Positions 39,343 to 48,845 of a stretch of 64,000 nucleotides of DNA are shown piece after piece (the first letter of the stretch is position 1; every line of letters starts with the position of its first letter). The notes beneath the pieces were generated by a model. The model saw nothing but the letters and a program-made list of their open reading frames with translations, had not been told where the DNA came from and made no database searches. The DNA is from an uncultured Bacteroidota bacterium (lineage in GTDB: Bacteria > Bacteroidota > Bacteroidia > Bacteroidales > VadinHA17), in assembly GCA_903824785.1 (NCBI GenBank), contig CAIJYD010000099.1:35662-99661 (forward strand), written 5' to 3'. The position numbers and the translations under genes were made by a program.

Positions 39343-40497
39343 ATGAAAAAAACTCTCTTTATTGTCGTTATAATACTGGCAGTAATTTTAGCCCTGCCTG
39401 TAATTAATCTGGTCCGATGGGCTTTTGTTCCAAAAAAACCTATTGATATAATTCTGGTTGACAAAACCGTTCCAACACTGGAGCGTGAGAATCATAAGTC
39501 ATTCAACTGGATACTGACAAATGAGAGAATTGTAAAAAAAGGAGACAAGAGCAGCTACTCTTATATCAAGGATTACTACGGATTTTCTCCTCAGCGGCCA
39601 TTAAGGGAAAAACAATGGGACAGAAATGATTATCGTCTGACTGACCTTATCAACCTTGCCGAAAAAAATGATGCTGTTTATTTTACTGATACTTACGGAG
39701 TTTTCTTTAACGACTGGTACAAAGGGATCAATAAAAGCCGCAAATCAAGAAAACTGTACGGTGGACTTAATAACAACGATTTCCTGCTGATTAAAGAGAT
39801 GAAGGACAGGAATAAGCTGATTATTATGGAATACAACTCATTCGACTATCCTACAGCACAATTCGAATCTGTCAGAACTCAGGAAAAACTTGGAATAACT
39901 TTTTCTGGCTGGACAGGAAAATATTTTGCAACACTTGATACTGCTGCCAAAGACTTTCCGATATGGATGACAGCTATGTACAGAAAACAATATAATAAAC
40001 CATGGCAATTTACAAAACCAGGAATTGTAATCCTGAAGGAGAAAGATATTATTGTACTTGAAGAAGGAACTCACCTTAAGAATGCTATGCCTCACATTAT
40101 TACAGATCAGGCCAATACAGAAAAATTTGGAGTTCCCGTCTCTGTGGCGTTTGACAAATGGTTTGATATAATTGATCCTCTTGCAAATAAAATTGTGTCT
40201 AAATTCAAACTTGAAACAACAACTCTTGGTGATACGCTTCTTAGTGAGAATACACTTCTTAATGAGTTTCCTGCAGTTGTTCAGGAACCCGTTTCACAGA
40301 GAATTTATTACTTTTCAGGTGATTTCGCCAATTCTGATATACCTTACTGGACATCCAGATTTCAGGGAATTGAGAAAATTAAGGGTATATTCTATTCTGA
40401 TAAGCCTGATGATACCAGGAGGTTTTTCTGGCTCTATTACAGACCTCTCATAAACAGTATCTTTACCGATTATTACAATTCAATAAACAAAAAATAG
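39343..40497 (+). CDS. Membrane-anchored hypothetical protein (no recognised domain)
   Basis: 384 aa with a single N-terminal TM helix, then a Trp/Tyr/Lys-rich soluble region. Coding-like composition. I recognise no motif. Confidence 0.6.
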   Translation: MKKTLFIVVIILAVILALPVINLVRWAFVPKKPIDIILVDKTVPTLERENHKSFNWILTNERIVKKGDKSSYSYIKDYYGFSPQRPLREKQWDRNDYRLTDLINLAEKNDAVYFTDTYGVFFNDWYKGINKSRKSRKLYGGLNNNDFLLIKEMKDRNKLIIMEYNSFDYPTAQFESVRTQEKLGITFSGWTGKYFATLDTAAKDFPIWMTAMYRKQYNKPWQFTKPGIVILKEKDIIVLEEGTHLKNAMPHIITDQANTEKFGVPVSVAFDKWFDIIDPLANKIVSKFKLETTTLGDTLLSENTLLNEFPAVVQEPVSQRIYYFSGDFANSDIPYWTSRFQGIEKIKGIFYSDKPDDTRRFFWLYYRPLINSIFTDYYNSINKK

Positions 40498-40512
40498 AAC
40501 CTGAAGATTCTT

Positions 40513-40555
40513 AAAAAAAAGGTACAGGCTTGATTCAGTCCTGTGCTTTTTTTTT
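40513..40555 (+). terminator. Rho-independent terminator after the 384-aa hypothetical gene
   Basis: A8 run, a 7-bp stem GTACAGG / CCTGTGC (one G-U), then T9. Confidence 0.6.
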
Positions 40556-40591
40556 CACCCGTAGTTTATTAAATGTTAACGACTGCAGATT

Positions 40592-41362
40592 ATGCTAATT
40601 TCAGTTATCCAATCCGATCTGGCCTGGGAGGATAAACTCCTTAACTTCAGTAAGCTTGGACGTCTTATTGAACCTCTTAACCAGAAAACAGATATTGTTA
40701 TTCTTCCTGAAATGTTTAATACAGGTTTTTCAATGAATCCCGATCATCTGGGAGAATCTCCTGAAGATGAAACATTTAACTGGATGAAAAACATTGCTTT
40801 GAATGGAAATTTCGGAGTATGCGGTTCATATATAATAAAGGAAGGGAACCATTTTTATAATCGCTGGCTCTTTGTCTCTCCGGAAAATGAAATATGGTAT
40901 TACAATAAGCGCCATCTTTTCAGCATGGGTGGTGAAGATAAAGTTTTCACTCCCGGAAACAAACGTCTGGTATTTACTTTCAGAGGGGTAAGAATAAGTC
41001 CGTTTATCTGCTACGATCTGCGTTTTCCTGTGTTTAGCAGAAACAGGAATGACACCGACCTTTTGATATACGCCGCAAACTGGCCTGAAAGCAGGAGCGA
41101 GGTATGGAAAACCCTTCTCAGGGCAAGAGCCATTGAAAACCAGTGCTATACTGCGGGAGTTAACAGAACAGGAACCGACGGCGAGGGAATAAAATACTGT
41201 GGCGATTCGATGATTATCAATCCGCTTGGGGTGGTAATCAAATCGTGCAATCAGAATACAGAATGTTCAATTACAACAGAGATATCATTAACTGCACTAT
41301 CAGAAGAAAGGGCTAAATTTCCAGTCCTCGGTCAGTCCGATGATTTTATGATAAAATTGTAG
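40592..41362 (+). CDS. Carbon-nitrogen hydrolase family, omega-amidase (YafV-like)
   Basis: 256 aa. The nitrilase-superfamily Glu-Lys-Cys triad contexts are present (ILPEMF, YNKRHLF, ICYDLRFP). Confidence 0.8.
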   Translation: MLISVIQSDLAWEDKLLNFSKLGRLIEPLNQKTDIVILPEMFNTGFSMNPDHLGESPEDETFNWMKNIALNGNFGVCGSYIIKEGNHFYNRWLFVSPENEIWYYNKRHLFSMGGEDKVFTPGNKRLVFTFRGVRISPFICYDLRFPVFSRNRNDTDLLIYAANWPESRSEVWKTLLRARAIENQCYTAGVNRTGTDGEGIKYCGDSMIINPLGVVIKSCNQNTECSITTEISLTALSEERAKFPVLGQSDDFMIKL

Positions 41363-41399
41363 CCATTACCTGTTTCTGCTGATGCTCGTCCTTCAGACC

Positions 41400-44336
41400 T
41401 TAATTCTTCGTCCTGATGGCATTATAAAGAATCGTGGCGGGATGCAGAGCAATCCTCCCTGTTCCATCCTTTATATGATGTCTGCAGCTTGTGCCCGGTG
41501 CAGCAATTATTGTTTCGTTCCTGCAGTTTCGGACTTCCGGAAACAGTACAAGCTCCCCAATTTTGTTGGATAGATCATAGTGCTCCTTTTCATAACCGAA
41601 TGATCCGGCCATACCACAGCATCCTGAAGGGATCTCTTTAACGGAATAGTTAGCCGGTATTGACAGCATCTCAATTGTCCCTGCTGATGAAGCTATGGCC
41701 TTTTGCTGACAATGGGCATGTAGCAGAATCTCCTCCTTATCTTCAGTAAATAGTTTTCTGTCTATCCTTCCGGCCCTGTACTCTTTTGCGATAAACTCAT
41801 CAATCATGAAACAATTTAAAGCGATTCTTTCAGCTGTTTCTTTTAATTCTTTTCCGGCCAGCTCGGGGTATTCATCTCTGAACCCAAGGATTGCAGAGGG
41901 TTCAATACCAATTAATGGAAGATCCTCGCAGATAATGTCCGATAAAGCCTGGATATTCTTCCGGATTGTCTTCCCTGCTTTTCTTACCAGCCCTTTGGAA
42001 ATATAGGTCCTTGCACTTATTTTATGCTCAGTAATAATAACTTTATAATTCAATGAGGTTAGTAATCTTATAACAGCAATCCCGATCTCCGTATCGTTGT
42101 AGTTTGAAAACTCATCCACAAACAGAGCTACTTTCGATGTTGGGTATTCAGGATTTATCTTTTCCAGATTTTTCCTAATCCATTTTTTCAGGGTGGTTTT
42201 GTATAATAATGGTATAGTTCTTTGTGAAGCAAACCCCGTTGCTTTTTTCAGAATTGCTGAGGTGAATCTGTTCTTAAGAAAAAAGTTAAAAACAGAAGGT
42301 AAGGCAGATCCAACCTGATTAACAACTGAAATATAAGCAATTAAAAGGGATCTGAACGGGACTCCGTGCTTATCGTACCAATGCTGAAGGAACTCCGATT
42401 TAATCTTTGCAATATCTACTCCTGAGGGACATTCCGATTTGCATCCCTTGCATGCCAGACACAGATCAAGAATATCATATATCTCCCTGTGGTTCCATGG
42501 GTCACCATCCTTACTCATGAATTCGCGTACTAAATTTGCCCTTGCCCTGGTACTTTTTTCCTCATCGCCGGTGGCCATAAAAGTGGGGCACATCACCCCG
42601 CCGGTTTTTACCGATTTCCGGCAATCAGCTGACCCATTGCATTTTTCCGCAGCTCTTAATATTCCTTCACTGGATGAAAAATCAAAAAACGTTTCAATTT
42701 CCCGGGTTGGCTCTCCGGGGGTGTATCTGAGGCAGGTATTCATCAGCGGAGTATCTGTTATCTTGCCCGGATTCAGAATGCCTTTCGGATCCCAGCAGGC
42801 TTTAACCTCCTTCAGCAGTTTATAGTTCTGTTCACCAAGTATGAGCGGAATAAACTCACCCCTTAACCTGCCATCGCCATGCTCCCCGCTCAAAGAACCG
42901 TTATACTTCCTGACAAGAAGGGCCGTTTCAAGGCCTATTTTTCTGAAAAGCAAAACATCTGACGGGTTTTTAAGGTCTAGAACAGGCCTGATGTGAAGCT
43001 CTCCTGAGCCTATATGGGCATGAAATACAGAGTCTTTGCCATATCCGTCAAGCAGCTTCCCGAGTTCATCGATGTAAGCAGGGAGTTGCTCTACACTTAC
43101 TGCTGTATCCTCAATTAACGCAACAGGCTTTGAATCGCCCTTCATATTTGCAAGCACGCCAAGCCCGGCTTTCCTTAAATCCCAGACTTTAGACATATCC
43201 TTTCCTTTTATAACTGGATAAGAATATCCGTAACCGGCTGCTTTCAGGTCAATTATCATTTCAGAGGAAAGAGTATCTGTCTCTTCAGCTCTTTCTCTGG
43301 CAAATTCGACAATAACAATTGCTCCCGGATTTCCTTCCAGAAAGAACCTGTTATTCCTCTGGCTGATGTTATCCTCGGTTAGCTCCAGTATTCTGTTATC
43401 CATCATCTCAACAGCTGACGGCTTATATTTCAATGCAATAAGATTAGCTTTGAAAGCATCATTTCTGTTTTTAAGATGAATGCATACAAGTGCTTTATTT
43501 ACAGGAGGTAATGCGACAAGATTCAGTTTTATCTCTGTGGTTACTGCCAGTGTACCTTCAGAACCGGCAAGCAGAGAACAAAAATTAAATTTCCTGTCAG
43601 ATTTTTCGTTGAATAAATCAGAATCGAGAAGCAGGTCTAGTGCATAACCGGTATTTCTTCTGGTTATTTTCTTATCGGGAAAACCCTCTGTTATGCTTTT
43701 TCTGTTATCCTCGTCAGTAAGGATTTTATTAATATTCCGGTAGATCTCTCCTTCAAGATTCTTCAGGTTGCATTTCGTTTGAAAACTCTCCTTGCTTTCA
43801 GGTCCGAAAACTGCTATGCTTCCGTCGCTCAAAAGAGCTTTTATCTCAATTGTGTGATCCCTTGTTGATCCATAAATGATAGAATGTGAGCCACATGCGT
43901 TGTTTCCCACCATTCCTCCCATATTACATCTGTTGGAAGTAGATGTCTCAGGACCAAAAAAAAGGCCGTACTCTTTCAGCTTCTGATTAAGTTCATCAAG
44001 AACAACTCCCGGCTCGACTCTTACCCACATCTCCTCTTTGTTTATCTCAAGGATCTTATTCATATATCTCGAGATATCGACTATTATTCCTGAACTAACT
44101 ACCTGTCCGGCCAGAGAAGTTCCGCCGGCCCTCAACGTTACAGATGTTCCCTCTTTGGCAGTAAATAATAAGATCTTCCTGATATCAGATTCTCCTTTTG
44201 GCCAGGCCACAGCTGAAGGTTCTTCTTTATAAACAGAAGCATCGGTGGAATATATTGTTGTTGTGATTTTGTCGTACCTGAGGTCGCCCTCAAGGCTTTC
44301 AGAAAGATTATCCAACAGGGAAGTAAACGTATTCAT
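41400..44336 (-). CDS. Fused FAD-linked oxidase / Fe-S / CCG-domain oxidoreductase (YdiJ-like, D-2-hydroxyacid dehydrogenase type)
   Basis: 978 aa. N-terminal FAD_binding_4-like region (RAGGTSLAGQ), a ferredoxin-type CLACKGCKSECP, and C-terminal CCG motifs (SGCCGMAGSFGYE). Same architecture as E. coli YdiJ. Confidence 0.8.
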   Translation of the reverse strand: MNTFTSLLDNLSESLEGDLRYDKITTTIYSTDASVYKEEPSAVAWPKGESDIRKILLFTAKEGTSVTLRAGGTSLAGQVVSSGIIVDISRYMNKILEINKEEMWVRVEPGVVLDELNQKLKEYGLFFGPETSTSNRCNMGGMVGNNACGSHSIIYGSTRDHTIEIKALLSDGSIAVFGPESKESFQTKCNLKNLEGEIYRNINKILTDEDNRKSITEGFPDKKITRRNTGYALDLLLDSDLFNEKSDRKFNFCSLLAGSEGTLAVTTEIKLNLVALPPVNKALVCIHLKNRNDAFKANLIALKYKPSAVEMMDNRILELTEDNISQRNNRFFLEGNPGAIVIVEFARERAEETDTLSSEMIIDLKAAGYGYSYPVIKGKDMSKVWDLRKAGLGVLANMKGDSKPVALIEDTAVSVEQLPAYIDELGKLLDGYGKDSVFHAHIGSGELHIRPVLDLKNPSDVLLFRKIGLETALLVRKYNGSLSGEHGDGRLRGEFIPLILGEQNYKLLKEVKACWDPKGILNPGKITDTPLMNTCLRYTPGEPTREIETFFDFSSSEGILRAAEKCNGSADCRKSVKTGGVMCPTFMATGDEEKSTRARANLVREFMSKDGDPWNHREIYDILDLCLACKGCKSECPSGVDIAKIKSEFLQHWYDKHGVPFRSLLIAYISVVNQVGSALPSVFNFFLKNRFTSAILKKATGFASQRTIPLLYKTTLKKWIRKNLEKINPEYPTSKVALFVDEFSNYNDTEIGIAVIRLLTSLNYKVIITEHKISARTYISKGLVRKAGKTIRKNIQALSDIICEDLPLIGIEPSAILGFRDEYPELAGKELKETAERIALNCFMIDEFIAKEYRAGRIDRKLFTEDKEEILLHAHCQQKAIASSAGTIEMLSIPANYSVKEIPSGCCGMAGSFGYEKEHYDLSNKIGELVLFPEVRNCRNETIIAAPGTSCRHHIKDGTGRIALHPATILYNAIRTKN

Positions 44337-44392
44337 TCAATGTGGTAATTTAAAACTGCTAAATTAGAAAAATGGTGATAAATAAGTCCTTA

Positions 44393-44443
44393 AAGTGAAC
44401 TAAAGTTTGGAGAGCCTGAAGTGAACCGGAGTTTGGAGTGAAC
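44393..44443. promoter_or_regulatory. Direct repeats in the divergent ydiJ-like / pta intergenic region (candidate operator)
   Basis: AAGTGAACTAAAGTTTGGAG (44393-44412) and AAGTGAACCGGAGTTTGGAG (44419-44438) are identical at 17 of 20 positions. A third GTGAAC follows at 44438-44443. Confidence 0.45.
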
Positions 44444-44614
44444 TAAAAACCGGAAAAAAGATTTTAACATAGTTTGATTGAAGAATTACCGAAGTTATTT
44501 TTCCTTAAAAAGTGAAATTACTGATATTAATCATGTATTTGAAAATTGTTTAATAGGACTTTTTTTTCGTACATTTATGGAAAATTTTCGAACTTATTAA
44601 TATACTGATACACA

Positions 44615-45622
44615 ATGGAATTATTAGATCGCATCAAACTAAATGCCAAAAAACATAACAAGCGTATTGTGCTTCCCGAAGGATATGAAGAAAGAACAAT
44701 TAAGGCTGCTGATATTGCAATTCAGGAGGATCTGGCTCAGATAATTTTAATAGGAGATCCTATTGAGATAAAATCACATGCTGAAAAGCTGGGATTGAAG
44801 AACCTTTCAAAAGCCACTATTATCAATCCTGTTTCCCATGAGAAAAAGGATCATTATATTGATATGATGGTTGAACTGAGGAAAAGTAAGGGAATGACAA
44901 GGGAAGAAGCTTCAAGGTTAATAGAAGATCCTCTTTACCTGGGTGTTCTGATGATAAAAAACGGAGATGCTGATGGTGAGGTTTCAGGAGCAGACCATTC
45001 AACGGGAGATGTGTTGAGGCCTGCTTTTCATTATGTTAAAACAGCACCCGGCATTTCAGTTGTTTCAGGAGCATTTATTATGATACTTCCTGATAAGAGC
45101 TTTGGAGAAAATGGTGTTATAATATTCGCCGATGGTGCCGTTCATCCGAATCCAAACGAAAAAGAGCTGGCTGAAATAGCTATTGCTACTGCTCATACTG
45201 CGAAAGCCCTTGGAGGTTTTGAACCGAGAATAGCAATGCTTAGCTTTTCAACAAAAGGGAGTGCCAAGCATGAAATGGTAGATAAAGTTGTTAATGCAAC
45301 ACGAATTGCCAAAGAGATGGCCCCTTGGCTTCAGATAGACGGAGAGCTTCAGGTTGATGCTGCACTCATTGAAGCAATCAGCAAAAGTAAGGCACCCGGA
45401 AGTCCAATCGGAGGCAGAGCAAATGTTCTCGTCTTCCCGGATCTGAATTCAGGAAATATTGCATACAAGCTTGTACAGAGACTTGCTCATGCAGAAGCTA
45501 TAGGACCAATCCTGCAGGGAATGGCAGCACCTATTAACGATCTTTCACGCGGGTGTTCAGTAAGCGATATTGTCAGCATGATAGCTATTACATCAAATCA
45601 GGCTGCCGGTTCGGCAAAATAA
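44615..45622 (+). CDS. pta: Phosphate acetyltransferase (short-form Pta)
   Basis: 335-aa PTA_PTB family protein. RIVLPEG, SGADHSTGDVLRPA, and the C-terminal LSRGCSVSDIV block typical of Pta. Confidence 0.9.
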   Translation: MELLDRIKLNAKKHNKRIVLPEGYEERTIKAADIAIQEDLAQIILIGDPIEIKSHAEKLGLKNLSKATIINPVSHEKKDHYIDMMVELRKSKGMTREEASRLIEDPLYLGVLMIKNGDADGEVSGADHSTGDVLRPAFHYVKTAPGISVVSGAFIMILPDKSFGENGVIIFADGAVHPNPNEKELAEIAIATAHTAKALGGFEPRIAMLSFSTKGSAKHEMVDKVVNATRIAKEMAPWLQIDGELQVDAALIEAISKSKAPGSPIGGRANVLVFPDLNSGNIAYKLVQRLAHAEAIGPILQGMAAPINDLSRGCSVSDIVSMIAITSNQAAGSAK

Positions 45623-45688
45623 TGATATGAGCCAGCCATCACCAGTGCTGAATCATCAACTAAAAACAAAATAATTAAATTAACAGGT

Positions 45689-46657
45689 ATGACAGAGAAC
45701 ACAGAGCGTCTGGAGGATTACGGATTATCTAAGGAGAACAAGCCCAAAACCTTGTTCTCAAGGGTTGGGATTGTTGGAGCCGGATCAGTCGGACAGAATA
45801 TTGCAAGAATGATAAGTGCGAAGGGACTTGATGTAGTAATTCTTGAGATAAGTCAGGAAAAAATTGATCAGGCTTATGAGGAACTGGCTAAAGAACTCGA
45901 TCGGATGATTGAACGCTGGGGTATGACAAATTCCGAAAAGCTGGGAATATTATCAAGAATAAAAGGGACAACTGACTACAGTATGTTTAAGGGTTGCGAT
46001 ATTGTTATTGAAGCAATCAAATCCTCATCCAGGGAACATAGCCATGATATACGCATGCAGATCCTTAAAAAAATCGAGCAACATGTTGATAGAGATACCA
46101 TTATTGCAACAAACTCATCAACACAGGTCATTACTGAACTTACTGCCGACCTAATCCATAAAGATCGATGCGTGAGTTTTCATTTCCTGGCCCCGGAAGC
46201 TGATGCAAGAGTTGTGGAAATTGTAAAAGGCCTTTATACATCTCAGGCTGCTTATGAGAACACAATTAAATTTGCTGTTTTAATTGGGAAAAAAGTTATT
46301 CCGGTACGTGAGTCTCCCGGTATAATCAGCACCCGTCTTTTTGTTCCACTTATCAATGAAGCTTGTGAAATACTGATGGAAGGCGTCGGAAAAATGGAAG
46401 ATATCGATCTTACAATGAAAGTGGGGTTTGGTCTGCCATTAGGACCTTTTGAAATGGCCGACAAAATCGGATTGGATAAAATACTGAGATGGTGTGAAAA
46501 CCTCTATGATGAATTTGGTGATCTTAAATATAAATCTTCCCCGCTTCTAAAAAAGCTTGTAAGGGCAAATCAATGGGGCAGACGTACAGGCAGAGGCTTT
46601 TATGAGTATAATAAAGATGGTATGAAAACTGTCAAAAACCCTTCCATCGAAAATTAG
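45689..46657 (+). CDS. 3-hydroxyacyl-CoA (3-hydroxybutyryl-CoA) dehydrogenase family protein, divergent
   Basis: 322 aa. Rossmann GIVGAGSVG after a ~25-aa N-terminal extension, catalytic His context SFHFLAP, and a C-terminal 3HCDH_C-like GRRTGRGFYEY. Confidence 0.75.
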   Translation: MTENTERLEDYGLSKENKPKTLFSRVGIVGAGSVGQNIARMISAKGLDVVILEISQEKIDQAYEELAKELDRMIERWGMTNSEKLGILSRIKGTTDYSMFKGCDIVIEAIKSSSREHSHDIRMQILKKIEQHVDRDTIIATNSSTQVITELTADLIHKDRCVSFHFLAPEADARVVEIVKGLYTSQAAYENTIKFAVLIGKKVIPVRESPGIISTRLFVPLINEACEILMEGVGKMEDIDLTMKVGFGLPLGPFEMADKIGLDKILRWCENLYDEFGDLKYKSSPLLKKLVRANQWGRRTGRGFYEYNKDGMKTVKNPSIEN

Positions 46658-46704
46658 TCACCAATATCTTTTTATACCATTAAAATAAATATAACTCTTT
46701 TATA

Positions 46705-47913
46705 ATGAAAATATTAGTTCTCAATTGTGGTAGTTCTTCAATAAAATATCAACTCTTTGATATGACCTCGGCTGTTGTTCTGGCAAAAGGAATAGTAGAA
46801 AAAATTGGATTAAAAGGATCATTTCTTAAAAACGAACGGTTCGATGGCGATAAAGTAAAACTTGAAGGGGAGATCCTGGATCATCAAACCGGAATTGAAT
46901 ATCTTCTGGGTTTAATGCTGAGTGAGAGAAGAGGTGTGATTAAAGACCTGAATGAAATTGATGCTATCGGCCATCGCATTGTTCATGGAGGCGAAACTTT
47001 TCAGGGAAGCTGTTATCTTGATGACGTTACTATAAAAGGAGTTGAAGATTGTTCCGACCTTGCCCCACTTCATAACCCGGCAAACCTGAAGGGTATTTAT
47101 GCAATGAAAACTTTGCTCCCCTCAGTGCCTCAGGTAGGCGTCTTTGACACATCATTTCACCAGTCAATGCCTGATTATTCATTTATGTATGCTCTTCCAT
47201 ATTCCTTATATAAAAAATACGGAATCAGACGTTATGGCTTTCACGGAACAAGTCATAGTTATGTCTCCAGAAGAGCCTGCGAAATACTTAATGTTGATTA
47301 TAATTCTAAAAAGATAATTACCTGCCATCTGGGTAATGGAGGATCGGTTGCTGCCATAAAAAATGGCAAATCAATGGACACCTCGATGGGGCTTACACCA
47401 GTGGAAGGTCTGATAATGGGAACACGGTCAGGAGATATTGATGCCGGCGCTCTGACTCTTATTATGGAAAAGGAGGAAATAGATTTCTCTTCACTTAATA
47501 CACTGCTGAATAAACATAGCGGGGTGTTAGGAATCTCAGGGATCTCTTCGGACATGAGAGAGGTTGAATCGGCTGCTGAAGAGGGTGATGAAAGAGCTTC
47601 CCTGGCAATAAAAATGTTTAATTACCGTGTAAGGAAGTATCTCGGAGCTTATGCAGCTGCAATGGGTGGCGTTGATTTACTTATTTTTACAGGAGGAATT
47701 GGAGAGAACAGTTCGGAAACAAGAGAGAATATCTGCAAGGATCTTGAATTTCTTGGTTTGGAATTTGATAAACAAATTAATGAAGGGGTCCGTGGCAAAG
47801 AATTAATTATCAGCAAAAAAGGTTCGAGGGTTACTGTAATGATTGTTCCTACAAATGAAGAATTTGTAATTGCTTCAGACACCAAATATATTGTTGAGCA
47901 TCATACATCTTAA
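46705..47913 (+). CDS. ackA: Acetate kinase
   Basis: 402 aa. MKILVLNCGSSSIKYQLF, GHRIVHGG, YGFHGTSH and FTGGIGENS motifs. Confidence 0.95.
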   Translation: MKILVLNCGSSSIKYQLFDMTSAVVLAKGIVEKIGLKGSFLKNERFDGDKVKLEGEILDHQTGIEYLLGLMLSERRGVIKDLNEIDAIGHRIVHGGETFQGSCYLDDVTIKGVEDCSDLAPLHNPANLKGIYAMKTLLPSVPQVGVFDTSFHQSMPDYSFMYALPYSLYKKYGIRRYGFHGTSHSYVSRRACEILNVDYNSKKIITCHLGNGGSVAAIKNGKSMDTSMGLTPVEGLIMGTRSGDIDAGALTLIMEKEEIDFSSLNTLLNKHSGVLGISGISSDMREVESAAEEGDERASLAIKMFNYRVRKYLGAYAAAMGGVDLLIFTGGIGENSSETRENICKDLEFLGLEFDKQINEGVRGKELIISKKGSRVTVMIVPTNEEFVIASDTKYIVEHHTS

Positions 47914-47935
47914 ATTAAAATTTATACTTATTCCG

Positions 47936-48838
47936 ATGGTTTTAAAGAATCTTAATGACCTGAAACGTCTCGTTGAAGGAGGACCCAGAAAAAAACTGGT
48001 ACTTGCGGCTGCACAGGATCAGCATTCATTGGGTGCAGTAGTTAAAGCCTGGAAAGAAAACATCATTGAACCAATCCTTATCGGTGATAAAGAAGGGATA
48101 CAGAATATCTGTTTATTGAATAATTATGATATTACAGGTGTACGGGTAATTCATGAACCCAATACTGAAATGTCTGTAGAGATGGCTGTAAGGATGGTTA
48201 GCAGCAAGCAGGCCGATATCCTGATGAAGGGAATGGTAGGATCGTCAACTCTTCTTAAATGCGTGTTAAACAAGGAATGGGGCCTTAGAACAGGTAACCT
48301 TCTTTCACATTTTGCACTTTTTGAAGTTGATACCTATCATAAAGTTATTGCTGTTACCGATGTAGCCATGAATATTGCTCCGAACCTAAAGGAGAAGATT
48401 GCCATCCTTAATAATTCGGTGGCTTGCCTGAATAAACTTGGATATGTAATGCCAAAAGTTGCCGTTCTTGGTGCTGTTGAGATGGTTAATGAGAATATGG
48501 AAGCCACACTGCATGCCGCACTTCTTTCAAAAATGAATCAGCGCGATCAGATAAAAAACTGTATTATTGACGGCCCACTTGCCTTCGATAATGCCGTCAG
48601 TCTGGAAAGTGCACAGCATAAGGGAATCAGAAGTGAGGTTGCAGGTGATACTGATCTTCTTCTTATGCCCGATATTGAAGTTGGAAATGTTTTGTATAAG
48701 TCACTTGTATTCTTTGCAAAAGCTAAAGTTGCTTCAATAATCCTTGGTGCAATGGTTCCTATTGTTCTCACCTCCCGGTCCGATTCCGAACAGGCAAAAT
48801 TCGATAGTATACTGCTTTCTGCTGCCGCAAGCAAATAA
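47936..48838 (+). CDS. ptb: Phosphate butyryltransferase (Ptb family), paralog 1
   Basis: PTA_PTB family, about 300 aa. I placed the start at the Met of MVLKNLNDL (22 codons inside the track ORF, which otherwise overlaps ackA). Blocks ADILMKGMV, DGPLAFDNAV and PIVLTSRSDS. Confidence 0.85.
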   Translation: MVLKNLNDLKRLVEGGPRKKLVLAAAQDQHSLGAVVKAWKENIIEPILIGDKEGIQNICLLNNYDITGVRVIHEPNTEMSVEMAVRMVSSKQADILMKGMVGSSTLLKCVLNKEWGLRTGNLLSHFALFEVDTYHKVIAVTDVAMNIAPNLKEKIAILNNSVACLNKLGYVMPKVAVLGAVEMVNENMEATLHAALLSKMNQRDQIKNCIIDGPLAFDNAVSLESAQHKGIRSEVAGDTDLLLMPDIEVGNVLYKSLVFFAKAKVASIILGAMVPIVLTSRSDSEQAKFDSILLSAAASK

Positions 48839-48845
48839 GATAATT

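Noticed and set aside
47870-47935. 5' extension of the first ptb ORF overlapping the end of ackA
   Set aside because: The extension is hydrophobic junk in an alternative frame of ackA. Homologous Ptb proteins start near MVLKNL… at 47936.
48744-48845. 5' extension of the second ptb ORF overlapping the end of the first ptb
   Set aside because: Same reasoning: an out-of-frame overlap of 95 nt with a well-supported gene. The Met at 48846 gives a normal Ptb N-terminus.
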